From: Perna viridis
Lineage: Eukaryota
DNA length: 64,000 nt
Direction: 5' to 3'
Assembly: GCA_037379345.1 (NCBI GenBank)
Contig: CM074511.1
Location: forward strand, 20,708,001 to 20,772,000
Position numbers and translations under genes: made by a program. The notes under the pieces were generated by a model. It had not been told where the DNA came from. It ran no database searches and saw only the letters and a list, made by a program, of their open reading frames with translations. Of this stretch, positions 14,101-26,623 are shown one piece after another (position 1 is the first letter of the stretch; the number at the start of each line of letters is the position of its first letter).

Positions 14101-15112
14101 TATATATCCTTTATCATATTGAATAAATAATTTGTGATAATGCAGGAACAATTACAGAAACCATGGGAGAAAACTCGGGAAAAAACATTTTCAATCTTAT
14201 TCGGTTCCTTCAAATGTTTAAGATAGACTTGCAAAAAAAAGCTAGACAAATCCAATACAGATATACATGTATATATAAAGTATAAGTAAATGAGATTTAC
14301 AGAACCCTGTCTATGAACATGTATTTCATCCTCAAAAACGAACCAACATTCCTAATCATCGATGATACAGATTAACAATGTGGTGATCATAAACCCTGTA
14401 CACGATCACATGAACACTCTCATTTTGACGATAAAAATGTCGATAAATCAATTGTTTGATTCGAGGAAAACTTCAAGAATTGTATTCATTTTCAATTTAA
14501 GATTTGTTTACGAAACATGGACCAGGACATTCACATTTCACATATCAACTAAGATTCAATACTGCCAAATATTCTTCTGTAGGTTAGTGACAACCATCAT
14601 TTCAATTTAGTCTATACATAATATAAGGACGTCCCCTAGAAAAAAAAACATAAAAAATATAACTTTAAATCAGTAGAAAGAGTTAATGTGTAGATTATAT
14701 AAAATCATCTGCAAATCTTCTTTTAGCAATTGATACATTTTCTACGAGACCAAAATTCATTAACAGATCTGAAGATCCTAACAGATTGATTACCACGACA
14801 AGTCGATGAAGACTGCGATTTTATCCATGGCTTGCATCATTATAGTAGTAATTTATAAGTACGAAACGTTGGTAATACTGAAGGGTGTATGTGTTCAGAA
14901 ATCAAAGACGAATAAATAAATTATTTCAATAAATAAAATATACTTTAAGAAAATACAAAGTAACTATGGCATGTGTAAGTTTAGGAAGAACATTGGGAAG
15001 AACATTGGAAAATGAAAGTATTTCAGACAAATAAAAATACTGCTATTTGTAAACAAGCATGCAGTTTATGTTTAACTCCGCACTATTTCTTAATTTGATG
15101 TCACTTCTTCGT

Positions 15113-17691
15113 TTACGTCTTTTCTGGTGCACCTGTATAAGGAGGTGGTTGGTTGTATGAGAATCCACTGCTAGGACCCGGCTGTCCTGGTTGCATCGCT
15201 TGTCCTCCCATTGGTGGTGGAGGATATGCCATATTTTGTGGGGGTGGATACATAGCACCTCCCGTCTGCGGAGGTGGGGGATATTGATTGTACTGTGGAG
15301 GGGGTGGATGCCCATATAATGGTTGCTGTTGTTGTGCTGTATGTACAAAATAAAGTTAAAGAATATAATTTAAAACCGAACTCTTTCACATTCAGATTCA
15401 AAAGGAGGAGTGTGTTTGCAAAAAAAGAAAAGTTTTTTGTTTAACTTTTTTATTTACTCAATGCAATTGATGTTGTAATGCAAGCAAAGATAACTCAACT
15501 AATATTTTAAGTACATAATATATTTAAGAGGCATACTCCAAAAGAGGTATGTAACACTTGGAAATTTCATATGTTTCACTGGTGTTCTAAGATTAGATAT
15601 TTTATCACCTAAACACTTTTAGGTTATTCCACATCTGGACATTACAAGACGCGTTCTAAATTGGGATAAGCTTTACAGCTAGAATGGTTCGTTACCAAAT
15701 ATTCCTAATAGTCAAAAATACACCTTATAGACAACTTGTCAATAACTCATTTCTCGACATACTCAGACCAATAAATGTTGACAATGAAAAATATTGCAAT
15801 TAATTTGAATATTGTATTATGTAAGATTCAAATAAGATGATATAATATTTAAGTGTAAGTGGTAGTAAGAATCAGGCAAAATGGAAAAAATTAGAAACAT
15901 GCATGTCAAAAACCCAATGTTCTGGCAATGTAATATCACTCAAGTATACTTTTCTCCATTTGAAAAAATACCATTATTTGATCTCGGCATCACTGGCTTT
16001 GCTCGGAAATTTTTCAATAGAATGTTAGAAAAATGAGGTTTTCGACAGAGTTATCTACCCTTGATATGTTCATTTTTAGTGAATTTCAATGAAATTATAA
16101 CTCAATGCAACAACATGGTATAGAAAATATTGTCTTTTTTTCTTGATTCTGATGGTGAAAATACCATGTCTCAACTATTGCCTGATTCTTACAGGGACTG
16201 ACACTTAAGTCATATACCTTAGTTGGAAATATTTCATATTGCCACCACTGCGCTAAAAGGGCCGTTAAAGAGAGAGCTTTCTATACAAAGCGTTAAAATT
16301 TACATACTTTTTATGATAAGCTAGAAAATGTTTTGTTTTGATTTTATCTTATTTACGTCATGAATATGTTGAATATTTAAGTTTACTTATTACTTCATTT
16401 TGACTCTTTCGAATGAATATGAATCAAATGATTCTTCAAGGGCATATCTTAGCAACTTTCAAATTTCATTCATTGGTTATGAAGTTAGTGACTTTCAAGC
16501 ATTCTTTGTACTGAAAAGGACACGTTTTAGTCGTCTTCGGAAATGACTAACGATTTGTTGATTTCTGAGACCCTACTCTTCCGGCTGCTTTTTATGCGTG
16601 CAGGGAGAATTTGGAAGACTTGTTTTTTTTTTTTATCTTTTACTTAAAATTAAGTCACATTCATCAGATCAATGGCCATGCACTTCAACAAACTTGCACA
16701 CTTACTATTTTGCACTGTATGTATTGTAGTTTGATTAAGAGGACGGACAACTGTTCCTCTGTTGCCTTGTGTTTTACAAGCACTACAAATTACTACAAGA
16801 ACGACAACCAAAATAACCATTCCGATCATTCCACCTATCACAGCTCCAACAATCGTCCCAACAGACCTGTTATAAAGACAAGAACATAATTCACTGTTCT
16901 GGACTTTTTTTTTCTTTCTGTTATGTATTCTTGTTCCTTCTATTTAGTTGTTTTTGTGATATCATTGTTACCGAAAACCATAATATTATATATATATGTA
17001 TATTCTATATACAAACGATTTTTGTCTGTTCCCTTTTTTACTTTAAAAGTAATGAATAAGGGTAACAACAATATTACTGAACAATAATTCGATTCATAAT
17101 CATGTCAAGTCCAAAATAATCTGGCAAAATAGATATTACACCACCGGCGCAGCTGGTACCACAATTGTCCTGACTTGGTACAGGCACTTTTAAACAAAAT
17201 GGTAGGTTAAATTTAGGTTTAACAGCACGCTAAACCTCCCTTTTCCATTGCGCTGTGACTATACCAGTGATGATTATAAAGCATTCGCATGATATTGTCA
17301 TAATCGGTAAATCAGCGGTCACATCAGCACAAAGAACATTTTATAAAAAAACAATTATTACTCATTGTCAGGCTATAATACGGAAAACCTGACCGCAAAC
17401 CATAGTGGTGCACTGTGTTTGGAAAGATGCCACGTTCCTCGCACGTTAAATAACCCTACTGTGGTATTCTCCCGGAGTAGGAACCATAGGGCTCCGCCAC
17501 AGGAGGCTAAATTGCCCGACCCTACCCACCTCTCCCTATTTCTAGTGGCAATCAAAATTTGTCGACCCCATTGTCCTTGTATCCCATCCCTTTTTCATTT
17601 CATCATCATTTCATGTTCATTTTATCATCCATTTCATGTTCATCGTCTGAATATAGCTGAAGTATTGCTGCTCGGACATTAAACCCCAACT

Positions 17692-17743
<52 letters not shown>

Positions 17744-20700
17744 GCAAACCTGCTTTTCTGTGTAGCACACTTTGCCCTTCTGTGCAAACTAATTTAGAAA
17801 AATATGTGGATTTGTAACCAAGAACAACATACTTAAAAAAAAAACAACAAAAGATTTACGAATAAGTCCTTTCAAACGAGATTTCAATTGATCATGTGGT
17901 AACGTAGTGTAAAGAGTTGAAAAGTCAAAAGTTTAGAGAGAACTAATTTTCGACAATCTGCGGGATTTTAGGTTTTGAAGTATATCTTAAGAATTTTTAA
18001 TTATCCACATATGATTAATGCCACTACGAGAGTAAGCTTGCTGTCCATCCTTCGCCGCGGACAATATCTTTGTAAGATGAATTGACATCTCCTTCGTGGA
18101 GCAAGATGAAGATCCTGTAATATACCTTTCTTTATATGGATTCTTATGAAGTTTGGAAAAAGGTTAGAACCACTTTCCCACAACATTTTGGCAGATATAT
18201 CCAGAATGTTTTCCATTCAATAATCCAGTGAGGTGACAAAAACATGAATACACTAGGTGATTATGCAATCATTGTTGCAGAAATATTAAAAGAATTCATT
18301 GAATACAATTTTTAATCTTACCAATATATACTGTCGCTACAGTAATAATAGTAGTAGTAGTAGTAGCTGTAACAATAACCTGCAAATGCATTCTCAACTG
18401 AAAGTAAACGAAAATTCAAAATTACAGATGTGACTTCAAATTGTAGAACTTCTGTTGTGGTGTTTTTTGTTCCGTATATTTGGTGGTTCAAGATCATTGC
18501 CAGATTTTTGTTTACTTATAAGGTTAATTCTTCATTCGGTAACAACATTTATGTAGATAGAAAAAATGCATAAAATTTTCTTTAACAGACCGATTTGTTG
18601 TCTGACTAAGTTCCACTTGCTTTTGATTTATCGTCTGACATTTGACAACGAATAAGATGTCGAGGAAAGTTACTGAATAAAAAGATTTCAACAAATTGTT
18701 GCACAGGTATATAAATATATATGTATAAATGATCTACTGCGTTTTACAAGGTATATTTTGGAGGCATTTGTAGATAGTTTCATAAAAACGTCATTTATAT
18801 ATACCCTGAACGTAACATTTTATGAGCAACTCGGTGGATGCTACCGGTGCACCTGGTCCATGCTCCCAGTTTTTAGTGGAGTCCGAGTTGCTCATTTACT
18901 TTTGTTACTTTGTATGTATGATTTTAGTTACTTTATGTTCTTTGTTGTGTGTGTCTGTTTTCCATGTCTGGTCTTTGTCCCTGGATTACATTCTTTTGAT
19001 TGCCGCTATAACCTTGGTTCCCTTGATTACTCTTTCCTAAAAATCAGAGGGCGCCTATCCTACCGGTTCAGCTATTCTTTGCTGCCAGTTTTAGTGGAGT
19101 CCGGTCATTTACTTTTGTTTATATGTAAATGTTATTATTTTTATCCTTAGAATATATTCTCTCAGGTTCTGCTCGAATCTTGATTCCCTTAAATACACTT
19201 TAAATGATATTGTTTTTATTTTAGAGACATTCTTTATGATGACTTAAAGAAAATGAACATATATTTGACAACATATCAACAAAAAATACCGAAGCTTTAA
19301 CAATAGGACAAAACAAAAGTACATGGTCTGAACGTGAAAACAGGAAACAATTACAATCTAATGACACACAGAGGTCAACCGAATAAAAAAATAACAAACG
19401 AAACATACGTAACAAATAACTAATGCACTAGTAATATGAATCCCCGCAAAACGTTGGAAGTGACATCATATGATCCGGTGGAGTAAGCATGTCCTGCTCC
19501 GCCAGTGGTACCCATCATACGGAAATTGGGTTTAATCCAGCAACAAATATGCAGTTCCCCAACACGAGTCACAAAGGGGTCCAATCAAAAGCAATTTACA
19601 ATTGGACGACATTATTTAACCCATCAAAGTGTCATGATGTAAATAAAGTAAATCATGCGGAAATGGTGGAATGGAACAAAATCCAAAATAGACAAAATAA
19701 TACACCTGCACAATGGGGTTTCAGAAATTAACATTAAGTATTGTTTAAATGAAATGGTGATCCTATGAATGATTTAATCATTTTAACGTTTATTTTGCAC
19801 TGTGTAATTCAGGCAATGTAGGTAACCCTGCATATTCTGTTAAGTGATGTTTAACTAGTGGTAAGAATCAACAACACACTTGTATTATGACAACAGAATA
19901 CACAAAAATAGTTTACATCCTTAATCGTACACTGTTAATAATAAGTGGAGCGTTAATGTCGATTCAAACCATATTAAACTCAAATTATTCTATCGTACCA
20001 AAGCTATGAATGAAACGAAATCTTGATTCATTCAAATTGATAACTATTTTAGTACCACGAGTGCGCTTATATTGAAGAAATAATATGATTAACCAAAAAT
20101 CAGTCACAAATTCCTGGTATCGAGGTGCAACAACTTTCAAGGTTAACAAACCAGAAAAAAAAACATATACTGTCTTGACAAATGCGAAAAGTACATCCGA
20201 CTTTGTACTTTTTATTTTTTCATTATTCTTTTAATAGCTTTGGTTAATTGCAATAATGCATGTATAAGAAATTCCAGGAAAGAGCCCAATGATGTATACA
20301 AAAATTATAAACGTCATTTCAAAAGTTCCATGGACGTCACCTGGCTGTCCAGAGTGGAGTGTCCGTTTCCAATATGATCAGTAATCTTTAATTTTCATAG
20401 GTGCCCTTCGTCCTTACCGGGCTTTACCTTTGACGGTTGGTGCATTGTAAGATTTAGGATCGATCTATACACCCTCCCGGAAGACCTTGTCCAACCCTTG
20501 CCACAATTTCTGATCATTTTGTTCGCACTTTATGAATTTATGTGGAATCTGCATACATGTCAAAATATTTCTTCAAAGAAAATCCAGGGTGTTTTCATCC
20601 GAATCAAAACAAGAAATCCCTAACTAAACACTATCTGAAACTGATTAACTTCACAAGAAGGAAAAATAGTCTCGTTATTGCCTTTTCTGAAAATCAAGAT

Positions 20701-20942
20701 TCAATAAAAACGCTTGAAGCTCCTGTTTTTGACAATTCACGTTCTAAGTAGGAATGTAATCAAATTAATAATTGACTTCACCAGTGTCGTTTTAACGAAA
20801 TTGATGAAACAATATAACAGAGTAAAACATTATAAAGACTTGAATTGGAAAACTATTTCACTAAAATCATCAGCTTCATCTTACCATTAAAAAGCAATAT
20901 CCAAAGAATAATCTGAATTGTTTGATGAATCTTATATTCCAT
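15113..20942 (-). CDS. Cysteine/tyrosine-rich (CYYR1/Shisa-like) single-pass membrane protein, paralog B, 172 aa
   Basis: Exons 20942..20885, 18397..18322, 16866..16706, 15336..15113 (519 nt, all GT-AG, in frame). Signal peptide MEYKIHQTIQIILWILLFNVENAFA; ectodomain GYCYSYYYYYYYYCSDSIYW; TM SVGTIVGAVIGGMIGMVILVVVLVVICSACK; Pro/Gln/Tyr-rich tail with PPQY and PPPY ending ...NQPPPYTGAPEKT*. Confidence 0.88.
15849..16208. mobile_element. TTAA-flanked MITE (intronic)
   Basis: TTAA-GTGTAAGTGGTAGTAAGAATCAGGCAA ... TTGCCTGATTCTTACAGGGACTGACAC-TTAA. A related element is at 38396-38786. Confidence 0.7.
17060..17245 (+). repeat. Dispersed repeat family R3
   Basis: GGGTAACAACAA..TTAC.GAACA...TCAAGTCCAAA..AATCTGG.AAAATAGATATTACACCA...GCAGCTGGTACC...GTCCTGACTTGGTACA recurs at 23959-24110, and more divergently at ~55270-55480. 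Confidence 0.75.
17365..17742 (+). mobile_element. SINE-like retroposon (family S1) with (AATC)n tail
   Basis: Aligns with 42445-42841. Has a GCCACGTTCCTCGCACGTTAAA core and a 3' end CTGAA.TATTGCTGCTCGG.C.TTAAACCCCAAC followed by an (AATC)n microsatellite at 17692-17742. Confidence 0.75.
18820..19037 (+). repeat. Dispersed repeat family R1 copy
   Basis: Matches 4082-4245 and 24670-24864. It explains the recurring spurious ORFs 'ESELLI.FC.F...FHVWSLSLD'. Confidence 0.85.
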
Positions 20943-23087
20943 TTTGCTTGATAGACTTTCACTTCAATTTAGTTCTAAGAATAGTTATGCACCCAATAAT
21001 CGATAGAATTTGGAAATGCGGATGAATAAGCAAAATATTATGGAGTGGTTTAAATCTATTCCTATATCAAATTCAATCTCTTTTTAAATCTCACTACATT
21101 GCCCCTTTATTCAACTTCTTTGAAGTTATACATACGTCACCTATATACATAGTAAACATTCACATATTGATTTTACACAAATTTTATTATTCAATGACGT
21201 AGTGTCACTTCGTTTACAGATCTCAAGTATAAATTATACCAGGTAAAAGACACAAAATATAGACAGAAACGTCTATGTGATGTTTTCGTAATTATTGTCA
21301 CACATTAAATTTACGCTATTTTAATTGTTTTGTTTTTATTTTTATTTTTATTTATTTTTATTTTTTTATTCTGTGAGCCGAGATTGTTCACTTTCGTGAA
21401 GGGTTTAAAACAAAAAAATAGAATCTAGTAAACATTTTTGTTTAAGAATCTTAAGACATGATGTTGCCGACGTTGCAAGATGAAATTAAGATTAATTGGG
21501 AAGAATCGGTCAGAAAAAGTTTCAAATTTCTATTAACAAATGAAAAAAACAATTTTCCTTTTTGAAAGGTGCATTAACTGACAAATTTGTTCAGTTCTAA
21601 TTCTACTGAATTTTGCTGATTCCATGAAATAAGTATGTAGTAGTGTAATTGAAGCAATTTATGTTGACAATACCTACAAAATATTGTGACAACAACGTTA
21701 TTTAAATTTAAATTTTAAAGAACGATAGGTCTGACCTATTTATCTTTTGCCATTACTTCCGAAGATTTCCGACAGGACATTCATCAGGGTTAAAAATACT
21801 TTAACCTTGGTAAAAAAAAAATAACAATAACGGATACACAGGTAAGCACGCGTCTTGTTTACATTCCATTTCATCTATTTTTATTACTTTTTAAATAAAT
21901 AAAGACAATTCTGACCATATTTATGCCACATTATATTACAATACGTAAATGTCAAAAGGATCCTTGCGTTATATTCAAACCTTTTTCTTTCACGGCCTGA
22001 GACCGTCGGTCGTCCTTGCCTTTGATGAACCACTTTCGTTTGCAATCAAATTTGTTTTTTTTGTAAGTGACCCTTACAACACATTAAGGATTAAGGTCAC
22101 CAGAAGTCACATGCATACGAATTTATCTTGGTCGATTTTTTTTCTTGCAAGACAATAAATATATAGACACCTATTTCTTGTATTTTATGCATTTTACTTG
22201 TGGGATCAAATTAAATTATACAGGAAAAGTACAATTTAGTAGAAATAATTCAAAGTTAAAGCATATTTCAACAGAAACGAAATTCACGAAAATTACAGCT
22301 AATGCAGTTTAACTACATTTGCAATGTATAAAATTGCCATTGCACATACCTTCTATAAAAGTGAGTATTTAATCTTAAATGTGTGCTTTGAGTTAATATC
22401 TAGAAATGCTTTCTACAATCTTAGTAAAAATATCTCTCACTTGCCATGGTTTAAAAATTTGGCAATCGTGTGATCAGATAAGTTGTCCAAACCATTGTTA
22501 AATATCATTGAAGTAACTATGAGTGGGGAAGAGGAGCTCTCCAGAAAACACTTCTAACTACTAAATTTCTTCTTCCACAATACAAAACATTGGTTCTATG
22601 TTTTTGAATGAACGTTTCAAGATACACTAAGCAGCAGTTATGTTCATTTTGTGTAATGTATTTAAAGTATGTTGATTTTATGACAAAGTATTTAGGGCCT
22701 ACATAGTCTATATACTTAATACAAAATCATGCGATGATTTAGTTTTTGACAAAACTATTGAGTTTGTCCTGGTTGCGATTTGTCTACATAGTATAACGCT
22801 AATACAGACTAAAGTACTAAGTAAATAATGCAATTACAAATTTTAGTAAAAACACGGATTTATCAATTTTCAAAACTATAAAAGACACAATCTACAGTTA
22901 TCATCATGTTTCACTTGAAATTTTCTTCTTTATCATCTTATTTGTCTTCTTCTTTTTATTATTACTTTTATTATTATTAACATTATTATTTGTGTCCTTA
23001 GCATTTCAGTCATCATCTACGGTCATATTATCGATTGCAGTAAATAACTCCCTGCACGTTTTATATATACTGAGAAACTGTCGTGGA

Positions 23088-23200
23088 TTTCACAAAAAGT
23101 CGTAAGTGTAAAGTTGACCGTAAGTAATGACTTCACAACCTAAAATAGTATTGTGACGTCATAATTTACGATCAATTTCACACTTACGATTTTTGTGAAA
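23088..23200. mobile_element. Small palindromic MITE-like element
   Basis: TTTCACAAAAAGTCGTAAGTGTAAAGTTGACCGTAAGTAATGACTTCACAA pairs imperfectly with TTGTGACGTCATAATTTACGATCAATTTCACACTTACGATTTTTGTGAAA. Confidence 0.7.
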
Positions 23201-24669
23201 AGGACTGCTGATCTTTACTAAGAAACCACTACAAAGTATTAAAAAGAGTTCATCAAACCAGTGTAGGATGGATACAAGGGTCTAACACCTTTGCCCTTTG
23301 ATGTTGAGATTTTTGTCACTTAATTTGGCGGAGAACTAGAGCAAAAATTAACAAACACCTTCAATAAAAACGCTATAAACATCCACCGTTTACTGTATCC
23401 CCCTTTTATTGACCCCCTCAAAATTACTTGAGCAATTATAAATACTGTCCGATTTAACTTGCCACGATAAAACAATAAAATTCATTAACCCACAATATCA
23501 AATAAAATCTTCTGTATCCATTTCGAGCTTTTTAGGTTTGTTAGATTTAATTACGTAGCTATTAAATCGTAGAAAATATAGTTGTCATTCAAACGAAACT
23601 GTACATTTCTGTTTTTCATGTCTGGTCTTTGTCCCTGGATTACATTCTTTTGATTACTGCTATAACCTTGGTTCCCGTGATTACTTTTCAGTGCTTAACC
23701 AGGCACTATCTTAGCCGCTAATGTATTTTAAAATTCCATCCTAAAATATATTATTTAAATGTTAATTAAGGTTGTTCAGAATTTATTGATAATGCATTTA
23801 GATAAAATTACCACTTTAAATAAGTGAGATATTGGACGGTTAAAAAATCACCTTTTACGCATAACTATGCAGTTACTAGTATCGATCGCATACATAATAA
23901 CAAAAAGCAATTACTTTGCAAATTTGGTTAAAAAATCGGTTTATGCATTGCCAAAAAAGGGTAACAACAAAATTACCGAACACTTATCCGATTTAAAATC
24001 AATTCAAGTCCAAACTAAATCTGGAAAAATAGATATTACACCAACGGAGCAGCTGGTACCTCAATGGTCCTGACTTGGTACATACACTTCAAACGCAATG
24101 GAGGGTTAAAATTAACTATTTGTCATAACTAGCATTCAATATTTCGGTACGGAGTGTTGAAGAGTAACCACATTGTTTTCATAAAAGTTAAATATACTTG
24201 ATACTCTGTATTCCTACGTCTGATTTACATTTAAACCTCCAAATTAATTGAATCAAAATCTAAAATAGAAAGTGCAAAATAGAAATATGTATTTAAGATT
24301 ATGTGAAAGTTTCATTAAATTCCATTCATTGGTGTATCTTGAGGAACAACGGATAAGATATTGGTACCCTTCTGGAAGGACAGACAACCCTATCACTATA
24401 TATTCATTTTCTAAAGGGGGATAACAATGATTATAGTCAGATTATCTACTTATATTTCAATAGCAAATCGATAAATAATAAAAGTATCATGCCTTCCAAT
24501 TTTGGTGTTTAAGTCATTATTCCGAATCAATGAATTTTATAACTTCTTTTCATGTTTTACTATTAATCTACTTCGACCTAGATGTGCTGCAATGCACTAT
24601 TTTAAATATATTTTACTTACCTGTGTTGTTTGTGTTGGTTTTGTTGTATTGAATGAAAGCATATTTTCC

Positions 24670-24864
24670 CTACCGGTGCACATGGTCCATGCTCCCAGTT
24701 TTTAGTGGAGTCCGAGTTGCTCATTTGCTTTTGTTACTTTGCATGTACGATTTTAGTTAATCTATGTTGTTTGTTGCGTATGTCTGTTTTCCATGTCTGG
24801 TCTTTGTCCCTCGATTTCATTCTTTTGATTACCGCTATAACCTTGGTTCCCTTGATTACTCTTT
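24670..24864 (+). repeat. Dispersed repeat family R1 copy
   Basis: High similarity to 18841-19037. Confidence 0.85.
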
Positions 24865-26623
24865 CATTACTCAAACTGTTTTTGTACGACATCAAACGAT
24901 TCGACTTTGTACAAAATAATGTTTGATGTAAGTCGTTTCAGTTTGGATTTTTTTTTTCCGCATCATGTCTTGAGTGAAAATGTATGGATCTCTGTGAAAC
25001 TGTACAACAGTAGTCTATACCACCCACAAGTAAAACTCGATTGAGTTATAACTCTAACCGTTTATGAATAAACGGAATTATAATTTGGCTAAAACAAACT
25101 CAATAACTATTACAACTAATATATTTGGATAAGGACAATTTGATGTATTTTTTGTTGTCAATATTTAGTTTAACTAGATTCATTTTTGACATATTTAAAC
25201 TAAATTGTGCCATCCATCTAAGCACAATCCGAATTTAGAGGTATGAACTTTCCCCTAATGTTTAGAGTTCGATTTCAATGATCTTATCAAGCTGTGCCCT
25301 GCGACGCATTTCATTGTATCTCTTGAAAAAATTCTTTGATAACTCACATTTGATTCGTATTGCAAGCGAATAAAATTTCTGCATTGCCGTGTTTTTTTGT
25401 TATTATTTATAATTTATTTATCTATTTATTTATTTATGTATTATTATTATTATTATTATTATTTTGTCCAAATGTATGTAATGAAAGATATGTCAATTCG
25501 AATTTTTCATTTTTAATATAATTAATGTACACAATTCAAAGTTAATTCTCTAATATATGAATTTATATGACTATAGTCGGTACGAATAAATTTAAGAACT
25601 TATGAATGTGAAAATCTTGAAACAAACAGATATAAAAATTGGGAGATAGCTTTTTATTACTTGAACAAATCTATAGCAGTCATAGCAGAAAGCTAGCATA
25701 TATGTTGTCAATTTCTAATGTATTTGTTAAGTTTGGATTCGTTTATAATTACAATTCTAACACCTCGGCTTTTGTAATCATGGAAAACTTGTATTATTTA
25801 TTTTGTCAATGCTAAGTACCAGGAACAGACTATTACTACATATATAACCCTGATAGTAATGTGTGGAAAATGTAAATATTCTATCTAATCATTAACATGT
25901 TAACTGTTTTAACAAATTTGCACGTAGGATTATTTGATTCATTATTAATTATCGTATGATAATTATAACACGTGTTAATTGTTTATTATATCGTGAAAAG
26001 AACTGTGGATGTGCCTCAATCCTTATAAAAAAATATCGCTTACTTATGCCAACTAGAGATTTTTAATTTCATTTTTTTTTCTGTAAAAATGCGTCCTGGA
26101 GCAATGCAATAGTATTTTGTGTTACTGTAAGCATATTGTTTACCATAGTCTCTGATTTGTGTATATGGTAATGTGCACGAAGATGTGCGAATGCTCGCTC
26201 TGTAGAACAGTCCTCTAGTTAGCAATTGTTCACAAGTATTTGATTAGACGGATATACCAGTTTGTTTTATTTTTCTTAAACAAGTCGCAATTGAAATATA
26301 CAATATACATAAAACAGTGTCCTATTTTCTTTAATAAGGCATTTAGATCGCATATTCAACGAATCAAGACGAAAATTAAAACAGTTTTTAATAACAAATG
26401 TAAAGCTTTACATTTCCAGATAGAAACATAATTACCAATCATTTATCCATACTGAAAAATCATACGTTTATTATATGAAATGAACCAAGTTGAAAAAGCA
26501 TAAGAGGAATGGGGCGTCAGCAAAGAATACTGAATCGTTGGTTGGAAGGAATAAAACAAACAATATTATTTCCCTCTTGTTTCTCGTAGATTCTCAGGTT
26601 GATGAAGAACTGAATAACTGATG

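Noticed and set aside
18758-19150. ORFs of 130 and 72 aa, and similar ones at 24705-24926, 28096-28284 and 4116-4358
   Set aside because: They are translations of the dispersed R1 repeat, with no consistent frame between copies.
24613-24665. Strong minus-strand donor (ACACAG|GTAAGT) between paralogs B and C
   Set aside because: No matching acceptor or reading frame could be established; it might be a UTR exon but is unsupported.
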